A stretch of 29,602 nucleotides of DNA from a virus (IMGVR_UViG_3300023297_000063:1-29602), one strand, 5' to 3'; shown: positions 15,419 through 25,397, numbered from the stretch's first letter. Notes: generated from the sequence alone by a model not told the origin. Numbers and translations: made by a program.

Positions 15419-16348
15419 ATGGCCAACTATTCACCGATTAACACTTGGGATGATAGACAAGCCGTTGGTTCCATCAAAGAAGATATTTGGGGAATTATCA
15501 CCAACATCGATGTTCAAGAGACACAACTCGTTTCGGGCTTAGGTACTGTTGCAGTACATAGCGTACGACACGAATGGCCTGTTTCAACATTGGCTTCTGG
15601 TGCAACAATTTACAAAAATGCTGAAGGATTTACTCCCTCTTACGCTGATGTTACTGACGTTACACGAATAGCTAACTACTGCCAGAATATTTCTGCTGAA
15701 GTGAAGGTTACAGACACTCAGAGAATAGTTGACACAGTAGGTTACGCTGACAGACTAGCAGAAGAGAAATCCAAAGCATTGAAGGTTATTAAGAACAGAA
15801 TGGAAGCATCGTTAATGGCTGGTGCTATCGCTACTGGTTCATCAACTGTTGCTAGAGGAATGGCTGGATTGAAAGATACTACTACTTGGAATGTTACGAA
15901 CCACGCAGTTCTAACAACTTCTCCATCTGGTGTATCTCTTTCAGAGACAACTCTTAATGACTATCTTGCTAACGTATGGGATTCAACTGGCGCAAAGCTC
16001 AACGAGGCTTATATGGGTTCTGCTCTAAAACGAAGAATAACTGGCTTCACTGCTGGTTCCACTCTAAACTTGGACAGAGCTGATAAGAGACTTGTGAACG
16101 CTACTGACGTATACGAATCAGACTTCGGAGTATTGAAACTTTTCTTGCACCAATACGCTAACCAGGGAGCAACTGATAACGACCTTGTTATGATTAACTC
16201 TGACAACGTTAAAATCGGTTTCCTTGCAAAGCCTATGTATAAGACAACTGCAAGAGTTGGTTCTTACACTGCTGGATGGTACGAAACTGAAGCTCTTTGC
16301 CAAGTAAACGACCCACGAGCTATGCATATCTCTAAGAGACACAAATAG
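15419..16348 (+). CDS. Major capsid protein (DUF5309 / SU10-like)
   Basis: EDI..II.NI...ET, HEW, NYCQ, V.DTQ, YESDFG motifs. Confidence 0.88.
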   Translation: MANYSPINTWDDRQAVGSIKEDIWGIITNIDVQETQLVSGLGTVAVHSVRHEWPVSTLASGATIYKNAEGFTPSYADVTDVTRIANYCQNISAEVKVTDTQRIVDTVGYADRLAEEKSKALKVIKNRMEASLMAGAIATGSSTVARGMAGLKDTTTWNVTNHAVLTTSPSGVSLSETTLNDYLANVWDSTGAKLNEAYMGSALKRRITGFTAGSTLNLDRADKRLVNATDVYESDFGVLKLFLHQYANQGATDNDLVMINSDNVKIGFLAKPMYKTTARVGSYTAGWYETEALCQVNDPRAMHISKRHK

Positions 16349-16436
16349 AGCATTAAATAGCAACTCACAACTTAATAGTACGGTAAGGGATGGGCACCAA
16401 GAGTGGCTGTCCCCACCATACAATTAAGGAGGAACC

Positions 16437-16817
16437 GTGAAAAAACCAATACTTGAAGGAAGTCCAGATGAGACGCTGGCTTTTGGTACTAAAATAGATG
16501 GGTTCTTAGAACAGGACGTACAGTACTTGAAAGAGAAGTCCAAGGACGATAAAGAACTAATACACAATGTTATCAATCTTTGGCTGTGGAAGAAGGAAGA
16601 CCACATTGAAGACTTGATGGCTGTTTTGCAATCTAATGAGAAACGAAGGATTGTCTCTAATAAGAGTGGGATGAACAAAACTAAAACTATGGGAGCTGGG
16701 GTGTCTATACCAACGACTCTTTTGATTGCCTTAGAGAAATGTATTCCAAATATAGTTGATGATAAAAAACAATTAAACAAATTTAAAAAGTGGTTTCCGC
16801 AATTTAAAACTTATTAA
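16437..16817 (+). CDS. Hypothetical protein
   Basis: AAGGAGG SD; GTG start. Confidence 0.75.
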   Translation: MKKPILEGSPDETLAFGTKIDGFLEQDVQYLKEKSKDDKELIHNVINLWLWKKEDHIEDLMAVLQSNEKRRIVSNKSGMNKTKTMGAGVSIPTTLLIALEKCIPNIVDDKKQLNKFKKWFPQFKTY

Positions 16818-16835
16818 AACCTATTAGGAGGAAAG

Positions 16836-19800
16836 ATGAGCGACAAGACTAAAGACAAGATTAAAGACAAGAAAGTTACGCTAGCGATGATAGTTAGAGA
16901 CAACGAAAAAGATATGGAAAGAATCTTACCCAAGGTTAAAGATTTCTTTTCAGAGATAGTTATAATTGATACTGGCTCGAAAGACAAAACAAAAGAAGTC
17001 TGCAAAAGGTACGGGGCAAAGATTTATGACTTTAAATGGGTAGACGATTTCTCTAAAGCGAGGAATTTTTCTTTTTCAAAAGTTAAGACAGATTGGGTTT
17101 TTTGGTTGGACAGCGATGACAAAGTGTCAGGACTAGAGAACCTAGAAGAGATGGTAAAGTCAGCAGAAGCAAACAGTATAGACGGCTATGTGCTTTTGTA
17201 CAACTACGCAAGAGACGAGTACGGGAATGTCCTATCGGTTCAATGGAGAGAGCGACTTCTAAGAAAAAAGAAGTTTGAATGGAAGGGACAGATACACGAA
17301 ACAGCTATACAGAAGTCACACGCTCTAGTGGTGAAACACGAAGGGATAATAGTAGACCACTTGGCTACACCAGAAGATATGGCTAAGTCCAACAAGAGGA
17401 ATTTGGAAATACTAGAAGCCGAGGTAAAGAAAGATGGTGATAAAGTTGACCCAAGAACCTTATATTATATGGCACAAACTTACAGGGGAATTAAGGATTG
17501 GAAAAACGCTGGAAAGTACTATGTTGACTACCTAAAGGTTGGTGCTTGGGACGAAGAGAGAATGCAGGCGTGGCACTTCCTAGCTGACGCTATGAGAATG
17601 CAAGGTCAGTACGAACAAGCCATAATTGCAGACCACGAAGCACTTAAAATAAAGCCTGATTGGCCAGACGCCTACTTTGGGCTGGGAGATACTTACTTCT
17701 ATATGGCAGATGTTTCGGAGGAGAAAGAATACTGGGAAAACGCTATAGAGTGGATAAAAAATGGGTTTACAAAAAAGGTTCCAGACACAGTAAGAGTATT
17801 AGAACCTAACCGATATACTTGGATGCCATTATTGCAACTAGCCATCTGTCAGTTAAATCTTAGTAGTATTGACGAGGCTTTCAAGAACTATACCAAAGCA
17901 TACGAGTTATCTAACGGTGCAGACTTTGTAGGGAAATACTTAAAACTATTCAAGGATATGAAAGAGAAGAACGATGCTACTGAATCATTCCTAGAATATA
18001 TCGAGTATCTATCCAAATACGACAAATCAAAGATGAAAAACATCGATTCGCTTATTTCCAAAGACATCGGTGACGACCCAAGAGTCTCACAACTTAGAAA
18101 TAGCGTTGTTCCACCAAAAACTTGGGATGATAAGTCTGTAGCGATATTTTGTGCAGGTGCATATGAAGAGTGGGCAGCACCATCTGTGATAAAGGGCATA
18201 GGAGGCTCTGAGGAGGCAGTTATCTACTTGTCTAGGGAATTGGTCAAGCAGGGGTATAAAGTCACTGTGTACAACACCTGTGGGTCTCTGAGGGGTACAT
18301 ATGAAGGAGTGGACTATAGATATGTATGGGAACTTAACCCTAACGACAAATTTAACGTCTTTATCAGCTGGAGAAACCCATTCTCGTTTAATAGAATACA
18401 AGCAAAACATAAATGGGTATGGTTACACGATGTTCCAGAACAAGCAAAAGACACTTTCACTGATGAGGTGGTAAAAGACATAGATAAAGTAATAGTGTTG
18501 TCTAAATATCACAAATCTCTGATACCGATGGTTCCAAACGAGAAGATATTTGTTACTAACAATGGAATAGTCCCCGAACAGTTCAAAGACCTACCGAAGA
18601 AGGAGAAAAACTCTCTATTCTGGGGTTCAAGTTATGACCGAGGATTAGATTGCTTTCTAAGAGATATCTATCCGATAGTGTTAAAGGAGATACCAGATTT
18701 AACGCTAGACATTTGTTACGGATGGAAAACCTTTGATGAGATGAATAAAAACAACCCTACAAATATGAAGTGGAAAGACACCGTAGTGGCCTTGATGAAC
18801 CAAAAAGGGATTACGCATCACGGGCGAGTATCGCACAAAAAGGTAGCGGAACTAATGGGAGCAAGTTCTGTATGGGCTTATCCAACAGAGTTCCCCGAAA
18901 TAAACTGTCATCCAGCTGGAACAAGAATAATGACCGATACTGGAGAGGTGGAGATTGAGAAATTATCATTTGATAACAATGTGATAACGCACACTGGCAA
19001 GATTAAACCGATATTAACTCTGATGAGGAGAAAAGCCGATAAATTGTTACGGTTTACAGTACAGGCTGGTGACGACCTTTTGTGTACTCCAGAACACCCA
19101 CTATATGTTTTGAGAGATGGTAAACCACAATTTGTGGAAGCAAAAGACATTATAAAGCCTACACAATGGAAAAACAGGGGGTTCAAACCAGGCGGAGACT
19201 TTTTAATCACACCAAAAGTAAGAGTAGATAATAGCAATTTAGTTTTGGATACAACTTATAACGGAAAACAAAACAATTTTGATACTACAACAAACAACGT
19301 ATCAGACAAAATAATGATAACTCCAAAATTGGCTTGGTTGATTGGTTATTTTGCTGGAGACGGAACTGCTGGGCTTAGAACTGGCGAGGTTTCTGTCCTA
19401 GTTGCAGACAAACATCCAGAACATATAAACAAAGTGTTGGACGGATTCAAGGAATTGGGTTTACTTCCACGAGTCGTTAAATGCAAGGGATGTATGTCTT
19501 ATCGTGTAAGTTCTTATAAGTTAGCGAGAGCATTCAGAAAATACTTTTATGAGAATGGGGTTAAAATGATACCCTTTGAGTTTCTCAACTTCAGTGAAAC
19601 ACTCGATGGGTTGTTGGCTGCAGACGGACATGTAAATGGATATAATTGCAGTTTTACAAACAAATCATTGCATCTTATTGGTTTTGTAAGAATGGCACTA
19701 GCATCACAAGGATTGTCTGCTAGAACTATAAAGAGAATACACAAAAACGGTTGCGAGAGTTATTCTATGTCTTGGACAGAAACAGATGGTAACGGTTTTT

Positions 19801-20195
19801 ATAGAAATGACGATAAGTGGATACTGCACAAAATAAAGAAAATAGAGGAAATTAAACACAATGGATGGGTGTACAATCTGGAGGTAGTTGATGATAATTC
19901 TTTTGTGGCTAACGGACACGCTGTCCATAACTGTATTACAGCACAAAAGGCTCAATGTGCCAACACAATCCCTGTAACAACAGATGTTGCTGCACTCAAA
20001 GAGACCAACAAGTACGGAGTTAAGATTAAGACCGATACAATTTATTCAAATAAAGAGAAACAAGAAGAGTTTGCTAAAGAAGTTATTAAACAACTAAAGA
20101 ATCCAATCGAGATGCCAGTTGATAAGGCTATCAAAGAGATGAGTTGGGAAACCACAGCCAAAGCCTGGATTAAGGAGTGGAGTGATAAGAGTTAG
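16836..20195 (+). CDS. GT2 glycosyltransferase - TPR - GT4 glycosyltransferase fusion containing an intein
   Basis: MIVRD, DTGSxDxT, DFSKARN, WLDSDD (GT-A fold); TPR helices; GIGGSE, WLHD, SSYDRGL, YPTEFPEIN/CITAQKAQ (GT-B fold). Confidence 0.9.
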   Translation: MSDKTKDKIKDKKVTLAMIVRDNEKDMERILPKVKDFFSEIVIIDTGSKDKTKEVCKRYGAKIYDFKWVDDFSKARNFSFSKVKTDWVFWLDSDDKVSGLENLEEMVKSAEANSIDGYVLLYNYARDEYGNVLSVQWRERLLRKKKFEWKGQIHETAIQKSHALVVKHEGIIVDHLATPEDMAKSNKRNLEILEAEVKKDGDKVDPRTLYYMAQTYRGIKDWKNAGKYYVDYLKVGAWDEERMQAWHFLADAMRMQGQYEQAIIADHEALKIKPDWPDAYFGLGDTYFYMADVSEEKEYWENAIEWIKNGFTKKVPDTVRVLEPNRYTWMPLLQLAICQLNLSSIDEAFKNYTKAYELSNGADFVGKYLKLFKDMKEKNDATESFLEYIEYLSKYDKSKMKNIDSLISKDIGDDPRVSQLRNSVVPPKTWDDKSVAIFCAGAYEEWAAPSVIKGIGGSEEAVIYLSRELVKQGYKVTVYNTCGSLRGTYEGVDYRYVWELNPNDKFNVFISWRNPFSFNRIQAKHKWVWLHDVPEQAKDTFTDEVVKDIDKVIVLSKYHKSLIPMVPNEKIFVTNNGIVPEQFKDLPKKEKNSLFWGSSYDRGLDCFLRDIYPIVLKEIPDLTLDICYGWKTFDEMNKNNPTNMKWKDTVVALMNQKGITHHGRVSHKKVAELMGASSVWAYPTEFPEINCHPAGTRIMTDTGEVEIEKLSFDNNVITHTGKIKPILTLMRRKADKLLRFTVQAGDDLLCTPEHPLYVLRDGKPQFVEAKDIIKPTQWKNRGFKPGGDFLITPKVRVDNSNLVLDTTYNGKQNNFDTTTNNVSDKIMITPKLAWLIGYFAGDGTAGLRTGEVSVLVADKHPEHINKVLDGFKELGLLPRVVKCKGCMSYRVSSYKLARAFRKYFYENGVKMIPFEFLNFSETLDGLLAADGHVNGYNCSFTNKSLHLIGFVRMALASQGLSARTIKRIHKNGCESYSMSWTETDGNGFYRNDDKWILHKIKKIEEIKHNGWVYNLEVVDDNSFVANGHAVHNCITAQKAQCANTIPVTTDVAALKETNKYGVKIKTDTIYSNKEKQEEFAKEVIKQLKNPIEMPVDKAIKEMSWETTAKAWIKEWSDKS
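18906..19931 (+). mobile_element. Intein with LAGLIDADG homing endonuclease, 342 aa
   Basis: N-terminal CHPAGT; block B CTPEHP; LIGYFAGDG and LDGLLAADG; VYNLEV...NSFVANG..VHN followed by Cys+1. Confidence 0.93.
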
Positions 20196-20781
20196 AGACA
20201 CCTTCAAAAACTACGAGGCTTATAAGAAGTTCTACACAGAGAGCAAGGGTTATGATTTGGATATAGACAAGATTACTGATAGTGATAAGGCTGGTATTCC
20301 AGAAATGTACAGATGGGAGTGGGGACTCAAAGAATTAAAAGAGATAGATTGTAAAAGAGTTTTAGATGTAGGCAGTTGGACAGGTAGGTTTCCACTAATA
20401 TTAGCGATGAATGGTTTTGATGTTTTGGCATTAGAGGCTAATGTGGCAGCATATAAGTATATGAAACCGCAGAAGTATATGAAGGTCAATAAGATGTTCG
20501 AGGAGTTCGGTGGCGGAAAGTTTGATTGCATAACAGCCTTTGAGGTTATCGAACACGCTTACGATATGGAAAGATTTATAAAGCAAGTAGAATTACATTT
20601 AAACGATGATGGTTACTTCCTGTTTTCTACACCAAATCAAGATGGTGTTTATGGAGATGACGACAATGAGATACACCTGTGGACAGCTACCCTAGCATCG
20701 CTAATGGAGACATTTAAAGATTGGGAAATTATAGATTATGAGGTGGGAGATTTATTACTAATGATAGTGAGGAAAAAATGA
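20182..20781 (+). CDS. Class I SAM-dependent methyltransferase
   Basis: VLDVGSWTG, FDCITAFEVIEH, L..DG...FSTPN. Confidence 0.88.
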   Translation: MIRVRDTFKNYEAYKKFYTESKGYDLDIDKITDSDKAGIPEMYRWEWGLKELKEIDCKRVLDVGSWTGRFPLILAMNGFDVLALEANVAAYKYMKPQKYMKVNKMFEEFGGGKFDCITAFEVIEHAYDMERFIKQVELHLNDDGYFLFSTPNQDGVYGDDDNEIHLWTATLASLMETFKDWEIIDYEVGDLLLMIVRKK

Positions 20782-21467
20782 TTAACATTGTTATCCCTAT
20801 GGCTGGAAATGGACAGAGGTTCGTAGATGCTGGATTTAAGACATCTAAACCTAGAATAGATGTGAACGGAGTGCCGATGATTAACAGGGTGATTGAAAAC
20901 CTTACTCCTAGAAGGCATGACTTTAGGTTTATATTTCTGTGCAGACCAGAGGACTACGATTATATGTCTCAGTTCGGAGAGGTGATAGAGATAGCAGAAC
21001 AAACAGGTGGTGCAGCTTGTACTGCTATGCACGCACGAGACATTATAGACAACGCAGAGCCAGTAGTGATAGCATCTTGCGACCAAGTGGTTGACTTTGA
21101 TATGGACGACTTCCTAGACAAAGCCCACAACACCGCAGGAATGGTAATAACTTATAAGTCAGACAAAGACCACCACTCATTTTGCAGAACCGAGAAAGGC
21201 TATGTGAAGGAAGTTGCAGAGAAGAAAGTGATTTCAGACAACGCTAACGTAGGGATTTACTACTTTGGGACAGGAAGAGATTTTTGTGCTTCGGCTGAGG
21301 CTATGCTAGATGCCAAAGACACTTTCAACGATGAATACTATCTGGCACCTGTTTATAACTATTTATTAAAAGAAGGCAAAAAGAACATACGCTTATATGA
21401 GGTTGAAGAAGATGCGTGTCATATTCTTGGAACGCCTAGAGAGTTAAGGAGATACTTGGAATGTTAA
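20778..21467 (+). CDS. Sugar-phosphate nucleotidyltransferase (GT-A fold)
   Basis: IVIPMAGxGxRF...SKP, EVAEKK, ANVGIYYF, LGTP. Confidence 0.85.
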   Translation: MINIVIPMAGNGQRFVDAGFKTSKPRIDVNGVPMINRVIENLTPRRHDFRFIFLCRPEDYDYMSQFGEVIEIAEQTGGAACTAMHARDIIDNAEPVVIASCDQVVDFDMDDFLDKAHNTAGMVITYKSDKDHHSFCRTEKGYVKEVAEKKVISDNANVGIYYFGTGRDFCASAEAMLDAKDTFNDEYYLAPVYNYLLKEGKKNIRLYEVEEDACHILGTPRELRRYLEC

Positions 21468-22042
21468 TATTCGGTTCTGGAGATATGGCTACAGCCATAA
21501 ACAATAGAATAGGTTCAACAATGATTCCAGAAAAGAAGTGTGACATAAGGAACATTAGGAGTGTCAAAAAGGTTGTTGAGAAATATGACCCAGATGTTGT
21601 TATGAATTGTGCTGGTATTTTAGAACCAGAGAACTGGAAGAGAACGATAGACACGAACCTAACTGGTGCGTATAACATTTCAGAGGCTTCCAAAGGTAGG
21701 AAGATGATATTTATAGCTTCAACAGCAGGGTTACACGGAAAGAAAGGAGACCTATGTTATTGTGCATCCAAAGCTGGAGTTATATCTATAGTACAATCAC
21801 TGGCTTCAGAAGGAGAGTATGTATTCTGCATATCACCAGCAAGGATAGACTCTTCGATGAGAAACAAGACACACCCTTATGAAGATAAATCTACTAGATT
21901 AGATATGAACGAAATTGTAGATGTAGTAGAGGACATTTTGAAAGGCGAATATGAATCAGGAGACAACATAATAGTCAAGAAGGGCTGGGACATAATTGTA
22001 AACAAAGGAGAACCTTGGAAAAAGTTATTCAACCTAAAATAG
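21461..22042 (+). CDS. Short-chain dehydrogenase/reductase
   Basis: IFGSGDMA, NCAG, NLTG, IAS, YCASK. Confidence 0.88.
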   Translation: MLIFGSGDMATAINNRIGSTMIPEKKCDIRNIRSVKKVVEKYDPDVVMNCAGILEPENWKRTIDTNLTGAYNISEASKGRKMIFIASTAGLHGKKGDLCYCASKAGVISIVQSLASEGEYVFCISPARIDSSMRNKTHPYEDKSTRLDMNEIVDVVEDILKGEYESGDNIIVKKGWDIIVNKGEPWKKLFNLK

Positions 22043-22758
22043 CATACATCTATCACATTATAGGTACGCTTTCGATTGACCACATAAGTCATAGTATCGA
22101 GAGTATGAAGCGACAAGATATACACTGGGATACCTTGATTATTTATAATGGCGGAGATTTTGACAACAAACGCATATTAAACAGGATGGACACCAGTATG
22201 TTCGACCACGTTGAGTTTTACCCATACGATACAGGATTGGTTAAAGGTGCTGTCGCTGACTGGAATGAGCAGTTCAAGAACATAAAAGGCTTTGACTATT
22301 ACTTCGTTCACAAGGCTGACTTCTATCTAGCAGATGGAGCGTGTGAGAGGTTTGAGCAGATGATTGGAGGAACTGCCAATCCATTCTTTGTAGGTTTTAA
22401 GAAGTTTGATATGCGAGAGGATGTAGACATCAAACAGGTTAGAGAAATGGCTAAAAGGTCTAGCTTTGAGGCTAATATGGACACAGAGAAGACACTAGCC
22501 TACTCTCCCGAGAAAGAACCCAAGTGGGATGGGGTTATGCACGCATATAACGAACTAGCCAGAAGACAATTTGAAGCTCCAAACGAAGAGAAGAACATGG
22601 AGGTAGGAGCCTGTCAGTGTTTCCAAATGCTATCAGACAAGATAGGAAAAGAGAATATGCTAGTGGATGATGGAGTTTATGCTATGCATATGTTTCACGA
22701 GGTAACAAACCTAAAAGGGAAAACAGCAAACAAACTAATTAACGGAGAAAGGTACTAA
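22015..22758 (+). CDS. Hypothetical protein, possible divergent GT-A-fold enzyme
   Basis: Inside the sugar cluster; LIIYNG, YFVHKADFY, HMFH resemble degenerate GT-A motifs. Confidence 0.5.
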   Translation: MEKVIQPKIAYIYHIIGTLSIDHISHSIESMKRQDIHWDTLIIYNGGDFDNKRILNRMDTSMFDHVEFYPYDTGLVKGAVADWNEQFKNIKGFDYYFVHKADFYLADGACERFEQMIGGTANPFFVGFKKFDMREDVDIKQVREMAKRSSFEANMDTEKTLAYSPEKEPKWDGVMHAYNELARRQFEAPNEEKNMEVGACQCFQMLSDKIGKENMLVDDGVYAMHMFHEVTNLKGKTANKLINGERY

Positions 22759-22955
22759 TGATTACACAAAAACAATTACAGAAGCTGGTGGACAAGTGGG
22801 ACGTTTCTTACAAACCATCGTTTCGCAACCCTACCTGTGCTGACTGTGGAAAGACAATGTATTTTAGAATGTGGCACGTGTTTCTGAAAGAGTTTGGCAA
22901 TAAGAGAGAGATTCACCTATGTAAAAGATGTGGGCGGAAATGGGGGATAAAGTGA
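22758..22955 (+). CDS. Small Zn-finger protein
   Basis: CADC...HLCKRC; coupled start. Confidence 0.65.
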   Translation: MITQKQLQKLVDKWDVSYKPSFRNPTCADCGKTMYFRMWHVFLKEFGNKREIHLCKRCGRKWGIK

Positions 22956-23593
22956 AACCCTTAATAGTCATTCCGTACTTCAACGGAAAGGAGTTCCTAC
23001 CTAATCTACTAGCGTCTATTCCAAAAGACAAGTACAGAGTTTTGGTTGTGGATACAGGCTCTACCGACCCAGATAGTGTTGAACTTCTGAATAATATAGA
23101 TGTTCTAGTCGATAAGACAGACGTAGCTGGATTCGGATTAGGGGGATATATACTAGCCTACGATAAGTACCCATCAGACGAGTATTTCTTTATGCACGAT
23201 TCAATGGTTGTTAAAGACCCAGATTTTATAGAGAAGTTCAGAGAGAAAGGCGATGTGGTTGGATGGTTGAAGTTTCCATTCAGCGAACAGCACGATGATT
23301 ATATAAACTACCTTACTGCGGATTATGGAGATTATTCGGACGCACCAGAGTTTGGAATCTTTGGCCCGATATTCTACGCCAAGAAAGAAGCACTAGACGC
23401 CGTGAGAGAGCTTGGTTATTTCAAAGAATATCCGACAGACAAACAGCACTTATGTGCACAGGAAAGAGGAATGGCAATAGCGTTTAAGAGAGCAGGTTAT
23501 GATATGAAGTTTATAGAAACATATGATTATGAAAGACTAGATAATCGGAGGGACTATGAGTTATTCGACAAGATTAGACCACACCGAACTTAG
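22952..23593 (+). CDS. GT2-like glycosyltransferase (likely GTG start)
   Basis: IVIPYFN, VVDTGSTD, FFMHDS. Confidence 0.75.
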   Translation: MKPLIVIPYFNGKEFLPNLLASIPKDKYRVLVVDTGSTDPDSVELLNNIDVLVDKTDVAGFGLGGYILAYDKYPSDEYFFMHDSMVVKDPDFIEKFREKGDVVGWLKFPFSEQHDDYINYLTADYGDYSDAPEFGIFGPIFYAKKEALDAVRELGYFKEYPTDKQHLCAQERGMAIAFKRAGYDMKFIETYDYERLDNRRDYELFDKIRPHRT

Positions 23594-24164
23594 TATTGTT
23601 ATACCGTTGTACATTCATAAGATTGAACTGTATCCGATAATACAGAGATGTTTCGACAGTATAAAAGAACACTACCCAAATGCAGAGTTGGTAGTAATTG
23701 ATGATGGTTCACCGCTAGAACACGACTTTGAGGTAACCTACAGGAAGCCTAAGAACAGCGGGTTTACTAACACCGTTAATGAGGGATTGCACAGAGCCAC
23801 GAATGACATCATCGTTGTGATGAATGATGACATCACTCTGAAAGCTGGAGACCTAGATAGATTTTACGAGATAAACGCTGTGGGGATTTACTCACCTAAA
23901 ACAGAGGATGAGGGAGATGGAGACAAGTTCGGTTCTATATGGGGAATGAACAGAGAAACATATAAGAGGATGGGAAACCTAGACGAGAAGTTCCCACATT
24001 ATTTCTCAGACACAGAGTACTACAAGAAAGCCAAGAGATTAGAAATACCAATAACAAAGTGGTATGACATAGTTATAACTCACGAATCAGGAGCTACATA
24101 CGAGAAATTAGACAATCGTGAGGAGCTATACGATTCAGATAAGGCTAAGTATGATGTCAGTTGA
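23556..24164 (+). CDS. GT2 glycosyltransferase
   Basis: SIVIP, IDDGS, NSGF...VNEG, MNDD, G.LDE.F..YFSD.EY. Confidence 0.88.
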   Translation: MSYSTRLDHTELSIVIPLYIHKIELYPIIQRCFDSIKEHYPNAELVVIDDGSPLEHDFEVTYRKPKNSGFTNTVNEGLHRATNDIIVVMNDDITLKAGDLDRFYEINAVGIYSPKTEDEGDGDKFGSIWGMNRETYKRMGNLDEKFPHYFSDTEYYKKAKRLEIPITKWYDIVITHESGATYEKLDNREELYDSDKAKYDVS

Positions 24165-25011
24165 AATATGGACAGAAGTTTTGCCTTATGTTTATTGGTG
24201 GAAGCCAGATGACTATATGGGTGGAACGCCAGAGTATGTAGTCAACACAGCAGAGAACCTAGCCAAGTTGGGTTATGAGGTAATAGTATATTATGACAGC
24301 GAACCAACCGAATTGAATGGGGTTAATTACCTTCCGAGGAATATGTATTCAGGAGATGATGTATTATTATCTTGTAATGGCAGAGCACCTTTTCTTGCAA
24401 AGAGAAATATATCTTGGACATCTAAGGTTGACCAAACACAGGATATGTATTCGGACTTCGATGAACGCATAGTTTTGTCTAAATACCATCAAGGGCTGTT
24501 TGGGGAGGACTCTAAGATAATTCCATTGGCTGCAAACCCAATAAAACCAAAGAAAAAGAAGTTTCAAGCGATTTATACGTCATCACCCGACAGAGGGCTA
24601 GACTTTCTGTTGAAAATGTGGTCAAAGACATATCAAGACACAGGTTTGGTGCTAAAAACCTCTTACAACGCATCACGGAGCGTCTCAGGTGTGGAAAATC
24701 TAGGTAAACTGACTGATTCAGAGATGGATGACCTATATGCAGAGTCAAAGTACTGGTTACACCCCTGTCAGGGAATTGAGTTGTTTTGTATTTCGGGGTA
24801 TAAAGCTCAGATGGCTGGATGCGTTCCGATATATATTCCAAATATGGCGTTAGCAGAAACAGTCAAGTTTGGAAGGAAAACAGACCTAGTTAATTTCAGG
24901 GTTGATGTAAAAGAAGAAATAAAGAATCCAACTGAAATTCCAGACATTAGCTACGATAACTGGATGGACGTTACAATTACTCTTGACAATATAATTAAAA
25001 ATGATTATTGA
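24151..25011 (+). CDS. GT4-like glycosyltransferase; paralog of the fusion's C-terminal domain
   Basis: MGGTPE, IVLSKYH, SSPDRGL, ELFCISGYKAQMAG. Confidence 0.82.
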   Translation: MMSVEIWTEVLPYVYWWKPDDYMGGTPEYVVNTAENLAKLGYEVIVYYDSEPTELNGVNYLPRNMYSGDDVLLSCNGRAPFLAKRNISWTSKVDQTQDMYSDFDERIVLSKYHQGLFGEDSKIIPLAANPIKPKKKKFQAIYTSSPDRGLDFLLKMWSKTYQDTGLVLKTSYNASRSVSGVENLGKLTDSEMDDLYAESKYWLHPCQGIELFCISGYKAQMAGCVPIYIPNMALAETVKFGRKTDLVNFRVDVKEEIKNPTEIPDISYDNWMDVTITLDNIIKNDY

Positions 25012-25019
25012 GGTACTTA

Positions 25020-25397
25020 ATGAAGGAATCAGAACTACAAACAATAGCAGAGGAACAAGCATCTCCAGAAAAAGAGGCGGTGTTTCCAGAGAACGCAGTA
25101 AAGGAAGATTATTCATTTACTAAGCTATTACCGTTTTTTAACATAGAAGGCGAAGAGGCTGGAGAGCCTCAAGCGAAAGAAAGGCTCAATTTCATATGGG
25201 ACTTCTTTAAAGGAGAGAGTAAAGACGTTGCAGATGTCCTTTGGAAAATAAATGAGATTGAACACAAGATAGGAGCACCAGAGTTTGGGACTAGAAGATA
25301 CGAAAAACTCTACCGCTACCTGATATTACTTGATGACAAGAAAACAATAGACAGAGAATTAACTGCCTATGAGAACACAGTGGAGAAACTCAAGTAA
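25020..25397 (+). CDS. Hypothetical protein
   Basis: GAGG SD before ATG 25020. Confidence 0.7.
   Translation: MKESELQTIAEEQASPEKEAVFPENAVKEDYSFTKLLPFFNIEGEEAGEPQAKERLNFIWDFFKGESKDVADVLWKINEIEHKIGAPEFGTRRYEKLYRYLILLDDKKTIDRELTAYENTVEKLK

Noticed and set aside
16382-16417. Intrinsic terminator after the capsid gene
   Set aside because: Imperfect hairpin with no U-tract; read-through into the glycosylation cluster is plausible
16836-25011. DNA hypermodification or serotype-conversion locus
   Set aside because: No base hydroxymethylase, thymidylate synthase-like gene, GtrA-like flippase or membrane GT in the window; disfavoured but not excluded, since the rest of the genome is unseen
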